This document shows positions 9,276-16,760 of a DNA stretch of 64,000 bases, one piece after another. The stretch is taken from sequence record GU911519.1. One strand, 5' to 3'. The stretch's first letter is position 1. Every line of letters begins with the position of its first letter. Position numbers and translations under genes: made by a program. The notes beneath the pieces were generated by a model, which was given only the letters and a program-made list of their open reading frames with translations, was not told the origin of the DNA and made no database searches. The DNA is from Acinetobacter phage Acj61.

Positions 9276-9572
9276 TTAAGGACGAGGACGAAGTGGAGCG
9301 TACCAGGCACCGTTACTGTACTCAACATCGAATGGAGGCTTGATGTTATTCTTGTAAAGCAAGTTGCTTGTGAATGGCTCTACCGAGATTTCTTTAACTG
9401 AGCCATCAGGCCAGATAAATTTTGCTACGGGTACTTTGAAGAACGAGTTGTACCCAATTTCTGCTCGAAACTGAATGTGTACTTGAACCCCATTTTCTTC
9501 GATGATGTAGTATGCAGTGTGTCGAAGAAGTTGAGTTGCAATACGAGCTTGTGCTTCCATATTAATTTCCAT
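9276..9572 (-). CDS. hypothetical protein (98 aa)
   Basis: ORF that abuts the upstream gene (9572/9573). Confidence 0.45.
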   Translation of the reverse strand: MEINMEAQARIATQLLRHTAYYIIEENGVQVHIQFRAEIGYNSFFKVPVAKFIWPDGSVKEISVEPFTSNLLYKNNIKPPFDVEYSNGAWYAPLRPRP

Positions 9573-9962
9573 TTAATCTACGATTTCTATGATTGGACAT
9601 ACTTTAGCCTTTTTAGCTTTGAAGTATGCCATGATTACACCGTCTGGTGTAGTGTCATCAGAGATTTTGCTTTTCGTCATGTACACAATGTACCCGACTA
9701 ATGCACTGGCTCCGAGTCCAGTTATAAATGCTACAATGACTTCCAAAACTGGATGGATAATCTTGTAGTCAGATATCGAGAATGGATACCAAAGAATCAG
9801 GAATCCAATTAAAACAAAGAAGAATATTAATCCAGCTAACGCTGCTGCGACATGCAATACGCTGAATACGAGTTTCCAGAAATATCCACATAAAGACGTA
9901 GGAATTTCATTTTGCAAGAATTTGTGTAGACGATAGTGCCAAGATTGAGTACTTACTTTCAT
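9573..9962 (-). CDS. membrane protein, paralog A (129 aa)
   Basis: 'SWHYRLHK...SLCGYFW' N-terminus, 2-3 TM segments, C-terminal 'AYFKAKKAKVCP'. Paralogous to 9959..10453. Confidence 0.55.
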   Translation of the reverse strand: MKVSTQSWHYRLHKFLQNEIPTSLCGYFWKLVFSVLHVAAALAGLIFFFVLIGFLILWYPFSISDYKIIHPVLEVIVAFITGLGASALVGYIVYMTKSKISDDTTPDGVIMAYFKAKKAKVCPIIEIVD

Positions 9963-10453
9963 TTCTTCTCTCCATAAGTGAAGTTTAGCTTAGGGCAAAT
10001 TTTCTGGTGTTTCGAACGAATATATGCAACAACCAGATTGTCACTAGAGTTGATTCGTTCCGAGATGCCTTGGCCTTTGAATTTCTGTCCAAGCATACTT
10101 ATTCCAGCAGTGATTGCTATCATTAAGGCTAACAGCCCAAATGTTACTCCAACGGCTAAAGCAAACGTTATTGCACCTACTAAAATTACTACAGGGTACA
10201 TCCAAAATGAAAGTGAGTTAGCTGAAAGATTGGTACTGATCACATTCACAAGCCCAGCATCAGCTATTCCCATAAATGTTATGAATCCACAAATAAACAA
10301 TACTGCTCCGATAAAGGATACTATTGCAGTCAGAATTGCAGAGAACAATGCTGTTGTCCAGAAATATAGACATAAACTCGACGGGATTCTGTGATCGCTC
10401 TTGATAAACAGCTTATTGAGGCGGTAGTGCCAGGATTTCATGTCAATGTTCAT
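9959..10453 (-). CDS. membrane protein, paralog B (164 aa)
   Basis: 'SWHYRLNK...SLCLYFW', multiple TM segments, C-terminal 'AYIRSKHQKICP'. Overlaps paralog A by 4 nt (ATGA). Confidence 0.55.
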   Translation of the reverse strand: MNIDMKSWHYRLNKLFIKSDHRIPSSLCLYFWTTALFSAILTAIVSFIGAVLFICGFITFMGIADAGLVNVISTNLSANSLSFWMYPVVILVGAITFALAVGVTFGLLALMIAITAGISMLGQKFKGQGISERINSSDNLVVAYIRSKHQKICPKLNFTYGEKK

Positions 10454-10516
10454 AATTTACCTCATCATGATATAAAGTTTGTAAGACCATTATATCATGA
10501 TTCCTGATAAAGTAAA

Positions 10517-10804
10517 CTACTTTTTAGCTTTAATTTCGATATTTTTTCGTTCTGCATATTCTGAACCGGCCTTAAATCCTAATCGAGCACAATTGTCTGT
10601 GCATTGGGTATAAATCCATTTCGACTTGATGAATTTGTAGAACTCTTCTGATTCTTGCTTACTTGGTGTCTTGAATTGTGAATAGACAACCATGGCACCT
10701 TCGACATAATTATTAAAGTCTTCTGGTGGCTTTGGTGGATTAGTTGGTGATGCGTTCGCAGCTGAAATTGATAGGCTGCATAACAAAATGAGGACTGCTC
10801 TCAT
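10517..10804 (-). CDS. secreted small protein (95 aa)
   Basis: Signal peptide 'MRAVLILLCSLSISAANA'. Confidence 0.5.
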   Translation of the reverse strand: MRAVLILLCSLSISAANASPTNPPKPPEDFNNYVEGAMVVYSQFKTPSKQESEEFYKFIKSKWIYTQCTDNCARLGFKAGSEYAERKNIEIKAKK

Positions 10805-11106
10805 AATGACTCTCCATAGCGAGATTGCTCATGCTGTAGGCATTCTTTCGAAAATACGTCTTCGAAGTTTTTGTCAACCCATGAACGGTCGGTTACATTA
10901 GTTAGTGGAATGGTATGAATATATTCGTATTTCAGAAGGCTCAATTGCTTCTTATTAGGACACATCGGCTGGCGATATATCCCATAAGAAAATCCAAGAG
11001 CTTTGATTTCTGTTTCGAACTTATTGTCTTTAGGTTTCAATGGCAAGAAAAACCACGCTGCCATGATGAGCGTTACAATAAGTCCTAGAACTGAACTCTT
11101 GTACAT
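10801..11106 (-). CDS. membrane-anchored small protein (101 aa)
   Basis: N-terminal TM segment 'VLGLIVTLIMAAWFFL'. ATGA-coupled to its neighbour. Confidence 0.5.
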   Translation of the reverse strand: MYKSSVLGLIVTLIMAAWFFLPLKPKDNKFETEIKALGFSYGIYRQPMCPNKKQLSLLKYEYIHTIPLTNVTDRSWVDKNFEDVFSKECLQHEQSRYGESL

Positions 11107-11108
11107 GG

Positions 11109-11534
11109 TTATTCCTTGTCAATTGGACCTACATTCTCAAACTTGTAGAGAGTATAGTTATTTGAGGTGTCCCAAATTCCGAAGAACACGGGACGATTGC
11201 ACTCTGTAAAGATTTTGTCCATTTGATCTTCTGACGCTGGGTCACGAAGCATTGGTCCGGCAACAGCACCTACTGTGTCCATAGCGCATGTGCGTAGACG
11301 AAAGATGCCATATGGGACTGTTGATCGTTTTCCATCTGAACTCATAAACGAAACACCAAAGCTATCGTATTTTGAGTTGTACACGATTTCAGCATAAGGC
11401 TGAAGAACAGGTGCAGATTGAGAGATTCGAGTACCATAAATTGTGTACAAGTCTGGACCAACCCTTTCCCAAGCATTTGCAGCTAAGGGACTCATTAACG
11501 CGAGTAATGGTAGAACGAATTTGAGGAATTTCAT
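11109..11534 (-). CDS. secreted protein (141 aa)
   Basis: Signal peptide 'MKFLKFVLPLLALMSPLAANA'. Confidence 0.55.
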   Translation of the reverse strand: MKFLKFVLPLLALMSPLAANAWERVGPDLYTIYGTRISQSAPVLQPYAEIVYNSKYDSFGVSFMSSDGKRSTVPYGIFRLRTCAMDTVGAVAGPMLRDPASEDQMDKIFTECNRPVFFGIWDTSNNYTLYKFENVGPIDKE

Positions 11535-11863
11535 CGATTGAGAAGACCTGTCATGTACTTAAGCATTAGTTGGTTCTTGTATGATTCACAACCTGCTTTG
11601 TCCTTAGCGTGCGTACAATAGTCCTTAAGTGATCGATCTTTACGATTAATCAAAGTGCCTATTGTAAATTGCTTGGTTTCATTCAAGCCTTGATAGTACA
11701 TAGCATCAAGTTCCATCGCAACAACGTCAATGCATTCCTTGTCTGCTGAGCAGTACACGTTTGCAGTTTTGTTAGATTGATCGTACTCGACGTTTACGTT
11801 CGCTGATGCCACGCCAGACGCAAGAACTGCGCCTAACATGACAATGAAAGTTTTGAGTTTCAT
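11531..11863 (-). CDS. secreted Cys-containing protein (110 aa)
   Basis: Signal peptide 'MKLKTFIVMLGAVLASGVASA', four Cys, overlap coupling with its neighbour. Confidence 0.55.
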   Translation of the reverse strand: MKLKTFIVMLGAVLASGVASANVNVEYDQSNKTANVYCSADKECIDVVAMELDAMYYQGLNETKQFTIGTLINRKDRSLKDYCTHAKDKAGCESYKNQLMLKYMTGLLNR

Positions 11864-12384
11864 TATTTGACCTTTAAAACATTGTGGTCCCTTAAGTATG
11901 TGGCTTTGCGTATCACAGAAGACGAGTATCTGTAACCAGCTCCTACGTTATAGCCTGCATTGTATGATGCCAATGCTTTAGGCATATTGCCTTTGTGAGT
12001 CTTTAACCAAGAATCAATTTCCACGTTTGCCCAATGTGCGGATCGATTAAAGTTTGAGAGCTCGCGTGAGATTTCTGCATGGCTCTTTGTGATGCCTTGC
12101 TGTTTCAAACGACTCTTAACAGTTGGGATATAATTTTGAAAGGCTCCGACAGCATGCCCATTCTTAATATTTATTCCAGCTGAACTCTCTTGCCATAAAA
12201 TTGCAGCCATGATGTACCCAACATTCAAGTTGGTCCCGTGGTAGTTTTTCTTGCCTTGCGACTGTCCAAACTGATATGCTTTTTGCATATTTGCTATTTG
12301 TGCATCGCTAAAATTATAGTTGGCGAATGCAACGGGGCTAATTAAAAATATAAGTGCCAGGATGGCAACTTTTACGAACTTCAT
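11863..12384 (-). CDS. periplasmic lytic transglycosylase (SLT domain, 173 aa)
   Basis: Signal peptide, catalytic 'ILWQESSAG...AVGAFQ' (E-S...GxxQ) and 'ASYNAGYNVG' (AYNAG motif). Confidence 0.7.
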   Translation of the reverse strand: MKFVKVAILALIFLISPVAFANYNFSDAQIANMQKAYQFGQSQGKKNYHGTNLNVGYIMAAILWQESSAGINIKNGHAVGAFQNYIPTVKSRLKQQGITKSHAEISRELSNFNRSAHWANVEIDSWLKTHKGNMPKALASYNAGYNVGAGYRYSSSVIRKATYLRDHNVLKVK

Positions 12385-12466
12385 ATATTCTCCTAAAACT
12401 GGTGGCCAGCTCTGTGATGTAATACGCTATGCGCTTCCTTATACTAAATGACGATAATAGTATTTA

Positions 12467-12583
12467 TTAATTGTACCATTTATCGAGTTCTTCGTCAGCA
12501 CCCTTGCAGGTGAAGATGAATCCAAAGACAAATAATCCAATTCCTAAAATGATTGAGAGACAAACCCAAAATGCAATACTCAT
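12467..12583 (-). CDS. small membrane protein (38 aa)
   Basis: Sub-threshold ORF 'MSIAFWVCLSIILGIGLFVFGFIFTCKGADEELDKWYN'. Confidence 0.25.
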   Translation of the reverse strand: MSIAFWVCLSIILGIGLFVFGFIFTCKGADEELDKWYN

Positions 12584-12677
12584 AACATTCTCAACATGAT
12601 TAAAGGTTCATTATACTCTATTTGAGCAACAACGTAAACCATATAATGTATATATTATATACAACCTGTAGAGACGC

Positions 12678-12698
12678 AAAAAGGACAACTAGTGTCCT
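12678..12698 (-). terminator. intrinsic terminator after the GIY-YIG gene
   Basis: Minus strand reads AGGACA-CTAGT-TGTCCT-TTTTTG. The stop codon sits in the loop. Confidence 0.55.
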
Positions 12699-13123
12699 TG
12701 AGTTTGTGCACGAGACTTGCCTTTGCACATTTTTGAGTACCAATCTTCATAGAAAACTGGGTCTTTCAATTTTTCTTGAAACACTTTTGATGCACGTTCA
12801 GCTCGTTCTTGGCGATCTTCTTTGGTCATAGTAGCATTGATGTAATCAAAACCACCTGTGCCTCCGAGCTTGAGATTGTATGTGTCATCTCGATCAATGA
12901 ACTCTTGATCTACAAGTTGAGATTCATGCTCAAACATTTCTTCTTGAGATGAATGAAATTTGAGGATTTCTTTTTCAAATTTGTCAGCTCCATATTTAGC
13001 CATAGCACGTTTGAGAATTGTGCCTGAACCCATGTAGCCATCATTGAGACGTTTGGTTTTGTGGGCTCCTATGTAAATGTGTTTAGTGACTGAATTTGTG
13101 ATTTTGTATGTGTAAAAATACAT
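12689..13123 (-). CDS. GIY-YIG homing endonuclease (seg-like, short; 144 aa)
   Basis: '[26 protein letters not shown]' GIY-YIG motif. Own minus-strand late promoter at 13186..13193. Confidence 0.8.
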   Translation of the reverse strand: MYFYTYKITNSVTKHIYIGAHKTKRLNDGYMGSGTILKRAMAKYGADKFEKEILKFHSSQEEMFEHESQLVDQEFIDRDDTYNLKLGGTGGFDYINATMTKEDRQERAERASKVFQEKLKDPVFYEDWYSKMCKGKSRAQTQGH

Positions 13124-13194
13124 GACTCTTTACCGTTTGTTCAACGTTGGAGAATCTCATAGAGAATACCATCAAGTGGCATATGTATTTATAC

Positions 13195-13234
13195 AAAACC
13201 AGCCAATTTGAGCATTGTTAAGAGGCTTGGCTGG
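13195..13234 (-). terminator. intrinsic terminator, then the minus-strand late promoter TATAAATA (13186-13193) for the GIY-YIG gene
   Basis: Minus strand reads CCAGCCAA-(20 nt)-TTGGCTGG-TTTTG-TATAAATA. Confidence 0.55.
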
Positions 13235-13241
13235 TCAATTT

Positions 13242-13580
13242 TTATTTGATGAACTTTTTGGTCACGTTGCCTGTTCGGCTTCGGTAAAGTCCTTTGAGTT
13301 TATCGTTGATGTCCCAATCACATTGAGTGAATAGAATAGGGTCACCTTTTTCTTGTTCATGAAATTTGATTCCGTAACAGTAACGCAGACGATCTGGTCC
13401 GATGAGTGAAATCAAATTGTTGATGTCCATATTGGCACGAACAATGCCGTTTAGATCATATTGGCGTTGTTGATATTCTTTTATGAGACGAGAAAATGAA
13501 CAGTTTCGATTGAGATGGATGCAGCCTAAAATGACTAAAGCTGCTACGAATGTGATCAAATAGAATACAGGTAGTGTCAT
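13242..13580 (-). CDS. membrane protein (112 aa)
   Basis: N-terminal TM segment 'LPVFYLITFVAALVILGCI'. Confidence 0.5.
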   Translation of the reverse strand: MTLPVFYLITFVAALVILGCIHLNRNCSFSRLIKEYQQRQYDLNGIVRANMDINNLISLIGPDRLRYCYGIKFHEQEKGDPILFTQCDWDINDKLKGLYRSRTGNVTKKFIK

Positions 13581-13807
13581 TAGTCCTCCCAGTGAGATTC
13601 AATCTCGGCTTGCAATGCGGTCGACAGTTCTTTATTGAATTCCGGAATGTTTGATTCAACGTCGTGCCTATAAACATATTTGAGCTCGTCACCCATCCAT
13701 TTTTTGCATTCTTCAATAAAGTGTTCTACACTAATCACATGTAACAAGTGAAGATAATGATCAGAACTCTCGGTGGTCATGCTAACTGCTACTGGTACAG
13801 TTCCCAT
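13580..13807 (-). CDS. hypothetical protein (75 aa)
   Basis: ORF abutting its neighbour. Confidence 0.4.
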   Translation of the reverse strand: MGTVPVAVSMTTESSDHYLHLLHVISVEHFIEECKKWMGDELKYVYRHDVESNIPEFNKELSTALQAEIESHWED

Positions 13808-14032
13808 AATATTTCTCCTTTAAAAGGGCCATGGCTTTCGCCTTGTTTGCGCAATAACTTCGTTCAGAAGTCGATTCAGCGAATACTCCCGATGCAATGT
13901 GAATAACTCGTACATTGGTCGGGTTGATATTCAGTTGGTTGGTTTTTCGAAAAGTTTCAGTTCGAATTTCATGAGCTCCGAATTCCATGTCATCCTGCCT
14001 TGATGGGTCGAGTTAAATGTTTTTCGAGTTTT

Positions 14033-14290
14033 TTAGGTACTCATCTCTCTGTAGTATTTAAACGTGGCTGCAGCTCGTTTCGTAAGAAGTACGCTGTAGC
14101 CAGAACGCCATAGAGTCAAATCGTCATTGTATGCACGCCAGATTCGAGCTTGGTCATTTGTTTCAATGCATAAATCACGAAACTGTACTGTCATAGGCAG
14201 TTTGGCTACGTACAGTTGACGAATGACATCATTACAAATCTTGGTGAATTCTAAGAGGTCGGCTGCTTTGTAAAGTTTATATGGCTTCAT
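14033..14290 (-). CDS. hypothetical protein (85 aa)
   Basis: ORF, ATGA-coupled to the upstream gene. Confidence 0.45.
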   Translation of the reverse strand: MKPYKLYKAADLLEFTKICNDVIRQLYVAKLPMTVQFRDLCIETNDQARIWRAYNDDLTLWRSGYSVLLTKRAAATFKYYREMST

Positions 14291-14721
14291 GATAGTCTCG
14301 CATATCCAATAACTAAATTATCTTGTACATCAAACAAGAATGAACCGGCTAAACTACCTGTTTGCTTTGCATACATACGAAGGATTCCCATGTTTTCGGA
14401 CATGTCCCAATCGCGTACATACTTGACGAGATATTCACCGGGCTCCCATGTATCTTGGATATCGCCAACAGTGATAGGAGTTTCTAAAGCAGTCCAATCA
14501 CCAAGATCAAGATTGGCATCGAATTCATATGTGAGTTCAAGCTTTTTGATATTCCAGCTATAGATGTCTTCACCTGAATCAATGTGCCAGAATTTCTTTG
14601 ACAGCCAATCAGATGTGTCCATCACAATGTCGACCCATTCGTCACCGATAAGAGCTCGAGTACGAGTAATTCCTTTGTCGATTAATTTGTCACTAGGACA
14701 TACAATAACAACATGTTTCAT
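14287..14721 (-). CDS. hypothetical protein (144 aa)
   Basis: ORF. Confidence 0.5.
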   Translation of the reverse strand: MKHVVIVCPSDKLIDKGITRTRALIGDEWVDIVMDTSDWLSKKFWHIDSGEDIYSWNIKKLELTYEFDANLDLGDWTALETPITVGDIQDTWEPGEYLVKYVRDWDMSENMGILRMYAKQTGSLAGSFLFDVQDNLVIGYARLS

Positions 14722-14722
14722 T

Positions 14723-14890
14723 TCATTCTCCTACATAGAATTTGAGGATGCAAAAGATAATCATTAGACCGGCAACATGGATTTTAGGCCATGCATTCAT
14801 TTTGTCGATCTTGTCACCAACCATCAATGACAAGATGCCATCTAAAAGAATTATCAGCGAAATTACGAATATAACAGCAAATATGAACAT
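14723..14890 (-). CDS. small membrane protein (55 aa)
   Basis: Sub-threshold ORF 'MFIFAVIFVISLIILLDGILSLMVGDKID...'. Its stop lies 1 nt before the next ATG (TGAAATG). Confidence 0.3.
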   Translation of the reverse strand: MFIFAVIFVISLIILLDGILSLMVGDKIDKMNAWPKIHVAGLMIIFCILKFYVGE

Positions 14891-14957
14891 AATGGTTCTC
14901 AATATGTTTTGATAGATTGATTATATCATAAACATCTGAGAAAGTAAAACCTTTTGC

Positions 14958-14991
14958 AAAAAAAAAGGACTGACGAATTGCTCGACAGTCC
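14958..14991 (-). terminator. intrinsic terminator ending the tRNA transcription unit
   Basis: Minus strand reads GGACTG-(13 nt)-CAGTCC followed by T9 (plus-strand A9 at 14958-14966). Confidence 0.7.
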
Positions 14992-15023
14992 TAGATTTGT
15001 AATAATTTATTGTTGTAGTTATT

Positions 15024-15110
15024 TGGTAGTTGTGCTGGGTAACGCTCCCAGATCAAGCACTTATCTAGTGGAAAGGTGTATAAATCCTCTTGCTTTCTTT
15101 AAGCTACACA
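15024..15110 (-). ncRNA. tRNA-like element / candidate small stable RNA (possible T4 RNA C/D analogue)
   Basis: 7-bp acceptor-like helix plus CCA, D-arm-like GCTT/AAGC, T-arm-like CTGGG-AGCGTTA-CCCAG. No canonical anticodon arm or T-loop. Confidence 0.3.
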
Positions 15111-15122
15111 ACCATAATTTGG

Positions 15123-15194
15123 CAGAATCGCCTTCGATTCGAACGAAGATTAACGGGGTTGGAGCCCGTCGTGGTACCATTACACTAGCGACCT
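15123..15194 (-). tRNA. tRNA-Trp(CCA)-like, non-canonical acceptor end
   Basis: Anticodon arm ACGGG-CTCCAAC-CCCGT, T-arm CTTCG-TTCGAAT-CGAAG, D-arm GTGT/CCAC. The 1-72 pair is mismatched and the 3' end reads ..TGCCA. Confidence 0.4.
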
Positions 15195-15200
15195 ATAATT

Positions 15201-15276
15201 TGGTGCACGAGACATGATTCGAACATGTGACCTGCTGCTCTTCAGGCAGCCACTCTACCAACTGAGTTACTCGTGC
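15201..15276 (-). tRNA. tRNA-Phe(GAA)
   Basis: Clean cloverleaf by hand: loop CTGAAGA, T-loop GTTCGAATC, CCA encoded. Confidence 0.8.
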
Positions 15277-15282
15277 GTTATT

Positions 15283-15356
15283 TGGTAGCGATATCCAGAC
15301 TCGAACTGGAACCTTTGGGTTATGAGCCCTATGTGCAACCTTTACACCATATCGCG
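15283..15356 (-). tRNA. tRNA-Met or Ile2 (CAT)
   Basis: Anticodon loop CTCATAA, T-arm TCCAG-TTCGAGT-CTGGA, CCA encoded. The anticodon stem has one A.A mismatch and the 1-72 pair is C.T. Confidence 0.6.
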
Positions 15357-15362
15357 ATAATT

Positions 15363-15436
15363 TGGAAGTCGCAAAAGGGATCGAACCTTTACTAACAGAG
15401 TCAAATTCTGTGGTGCTACCATTACACCATGCGACA
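15363..15436 (-). tRNA. tRNA-Gln(TTG)
   Basis: Anticodon loop ATTTGAC in stem ACAGA/TCTGT, T-loop TTCGATC, CCA encoded. Confidence 0.75.
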
Positions 15437-15526
15437 ATTGATAGTTTTTGATCTGCTGAACTATAACAGCAGCTCGACAGTAAGTTCATCGAGTCTCAAG
15501 AAGTGTATTTCTACACTTAGACAAAT

Positions 15527-15602
15527 TGGTCTCCCTAGTTGGATTTGAACCAACGACATCTTCTTTCCAAAAGAAGTAGGCTACCAGACTGCCCTATAGA
15601 GA
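15527..15602 (-). tRNA. tRNA-Pro(TGG)
   Basis: Loop TTTGGAA in stem CTTCT/AGAAG, T-arm GTTGG-TTCAAAT-CCAAC, CCA encoded. Confidence 0.8.
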
Positions 15603-15659
15603 GATAACAAAAATAATGGATTAGTGAGCATTGTAAAGAGGCAAATCCATATCTGAAAT

Positions 15660-15735
15660 TGGTCGTCGAGACATGATTCGAACATGTGACCTGCGGATTA
15701 TCGGTCCGTTGCTCTACCAACTGAGCTACTCGACG
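15660..15735 (-). tRNA. tRNA-Ile(GAT), with C at position 33
   Basis: D-arm TAGCTCAGTTGGTAGAGC, loop CCGATAA. T-arm and variable loop are identical to tRNA-Phe. Perfect 7-bp acceptor, CCA encoded. Confidence 0.6.
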
Positions 15736-15830
15736 GGAGGTGAAACTGGGATTTGAACCCAGGGCCCCATATCACTATGAGACGGTAGTTTTCAAGACTA
15801 CTGCAATAAGCCAGACTCTGCCACTTCACC
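15736..15830 (-). tRNA. tRNA-Ser(TGA), type II
   Basis: Anticodon arm GTAGT-CTTGAAA-ACTAC, long variable arm, T-arm CTGGG-TTCAAAT-CCCAG. Its 3' ..TCC abuts the 5' end of tRNA-Ile with no spacer. Confidence 0.7.
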
Positions 15831-16034
15831 AAAATTCTGTGATAGTTTTGTTTATGTAACGACCAAGCTCTATCAACTTCGCCAATCATTCAAAAGAATG
15901 ACAACATTTTTCAATTCTCACTTGAGGTGGAGGAACACCTTGTTAGGACAGCTCCAAAACGTTCTAAAGTTTCGTAAGGTATCCCGAGCTAAATCAGTCA
16001 TTGCGCTTATGGCTATGATTCAACTACTAACATT

Positions 16035-16110
16035 TGGCTCCCCAGACACGGATCGAACGTGTGACCCACAGATTAACAGTCTGCTGCTCTACCAACTGAG
16101 CTACTGAGGA
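16035..16110 (-). tRNA. tRNA-Asn(GTT)
   Basis: Very similar to E. coli tRNA-Asn (TCCTCAG..CTGTTAA..), full cloverleaf, CCA encoded. Confidence 0.85.
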
Positions 16111-16143
16111 AGAAATTGTTTAATTTATTATAATTATTTATAT

Positions 16144-16218
16144 TGGTTGGACCACACAGATTCGAACTGAGACTAACGACATCACAAATCGCGGTGCTAA
16201 CCATTACACCATGGTCCA
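16144..16218 (-). tRNA. tRNA-His(GTG)
   Basis: Loop TTGTGAT, G at -1 encoded, perfect acceptor TGGACCA/TGGTCCA, CCA encoded. One T.T mismatch in the T-stem. Confidence 0.7.
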
Positions 16219-16226
16219 CATCAAAT

Positions 16227-16302
16227 TGGTACTCTTATCGGGACTTGAACCCGAGTTTTCAACGTGAAAGGCTGACGTCCTAACCGACTAGACGATAAGA
16301 GC
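16227..16302 (-). tRNA. tRNA-Glu(TTC)
   Basis: Loop CTTTCAC, T-arm TCGGG-TTCAAGT-CCCGA, CCA encoded. Confidence 0.75.
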
Positions 16303-16308
16303 AATGTT

Positions 16309-16394
16309 TGGTGGGGCCGGTGAGACTTGAACTCACAGATGCTTTTGGCGTCGGATTTACAGTCCGATGGGGTTACCAATTTTCCTACGTCCCC
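16309..16394 (-). tRNA. tRNA-Tyr(GTA), long variable arm
   Basis: Anticodon arm TCGGA-CTGTAAA-TCCGA, 14-nt variable arm, T-arm GTGAG-TTCAAGT-CTCAC, CCA encoded. One acceptor mismatch. Confidence 0.65.
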
Positions 16395-16410
16395 GTAGTA
16401 ATTCTTAAAG

Positions 16411-16481
16411 TTCTGGCACGAGTAATCGAAACTCGGTGACTGGAGTACAAAACCAGCATAATACCACTATATGATGCCAGA
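16411..16481 (-). tRNA. tRNA-Thr(TGT), CCA not encoded
   Basis: Acceptor TCTGGCA/TGCCAGA, loop TTTGTAC, T-arm CGAGT-TTCGATT-ACTCG. Lies inside a 15-bp extended helix. Confidence 0.6.
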
Positions 16482-16594
16482 ACTTTAAGAACTATGTTGT
16501 TTAGTTGATATAGACAGTATATCATACTTTTCCTAACAGCATATTGATTTGCTGTTGGGGCGTGTGTTTCTATAATTATATTTATACAACAATC

Positions 16595-16670
16595 TGGAGG
16601 CGTCAACAGGACTCGAACCTGCATCGACGCGGATTTGCAATCCGCCGTATAACCATTCTACCACAACGCC
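16595..16670 (-). tRNA. tRNA-Cys(GCA)
   Basis: Anticodon arm GCGGA-TTGCAAA-TCCGC, T-loop TTCGAGT, CCA encoded. Confidence 0.7.
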
Positions 16671-16678
16671 TTTAATTT

Positions 16679-16755
16679 TGGAGCCCCGCATGAGATTCGA
16701 ACTCATATAAGTCGCAATAGAACTACGATGCCTAATCCAACTCGGCCAGCGAGAC
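16679..16755 (-). tRNA. tRNA-Arg(TCT)
   Basis: Acceptor GTCTCGC/GCGGGGC (two G.U pairs), loop GTTCTAT, T-arm ATGAG-TTCGAAT-CTCAT, CCA encoded. Confidence 0.65.
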
Positions 16756-16760
16756 ATATT

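Noticed and set aside
15698-15889. 63-aa and 61-aa minus-strand ORFs inside the tRNA cluster (15535..15720, 15698..15889)
   Set aside because: They overlap tRNA-Pro, Ile and Ser on the same strand. tRNA structure explains the sequence.
16679-16755. Initial reading of this element as a tRNA-Leu-like or degenerate tRNA, because no GCCCCGC 5' acceptor strand was found
   Set aside because: Re-folding with the 5' strand GTCTCGC (two G.U pairs) gives a clean class-I cloverleaf with anticodon TCT (Arg).
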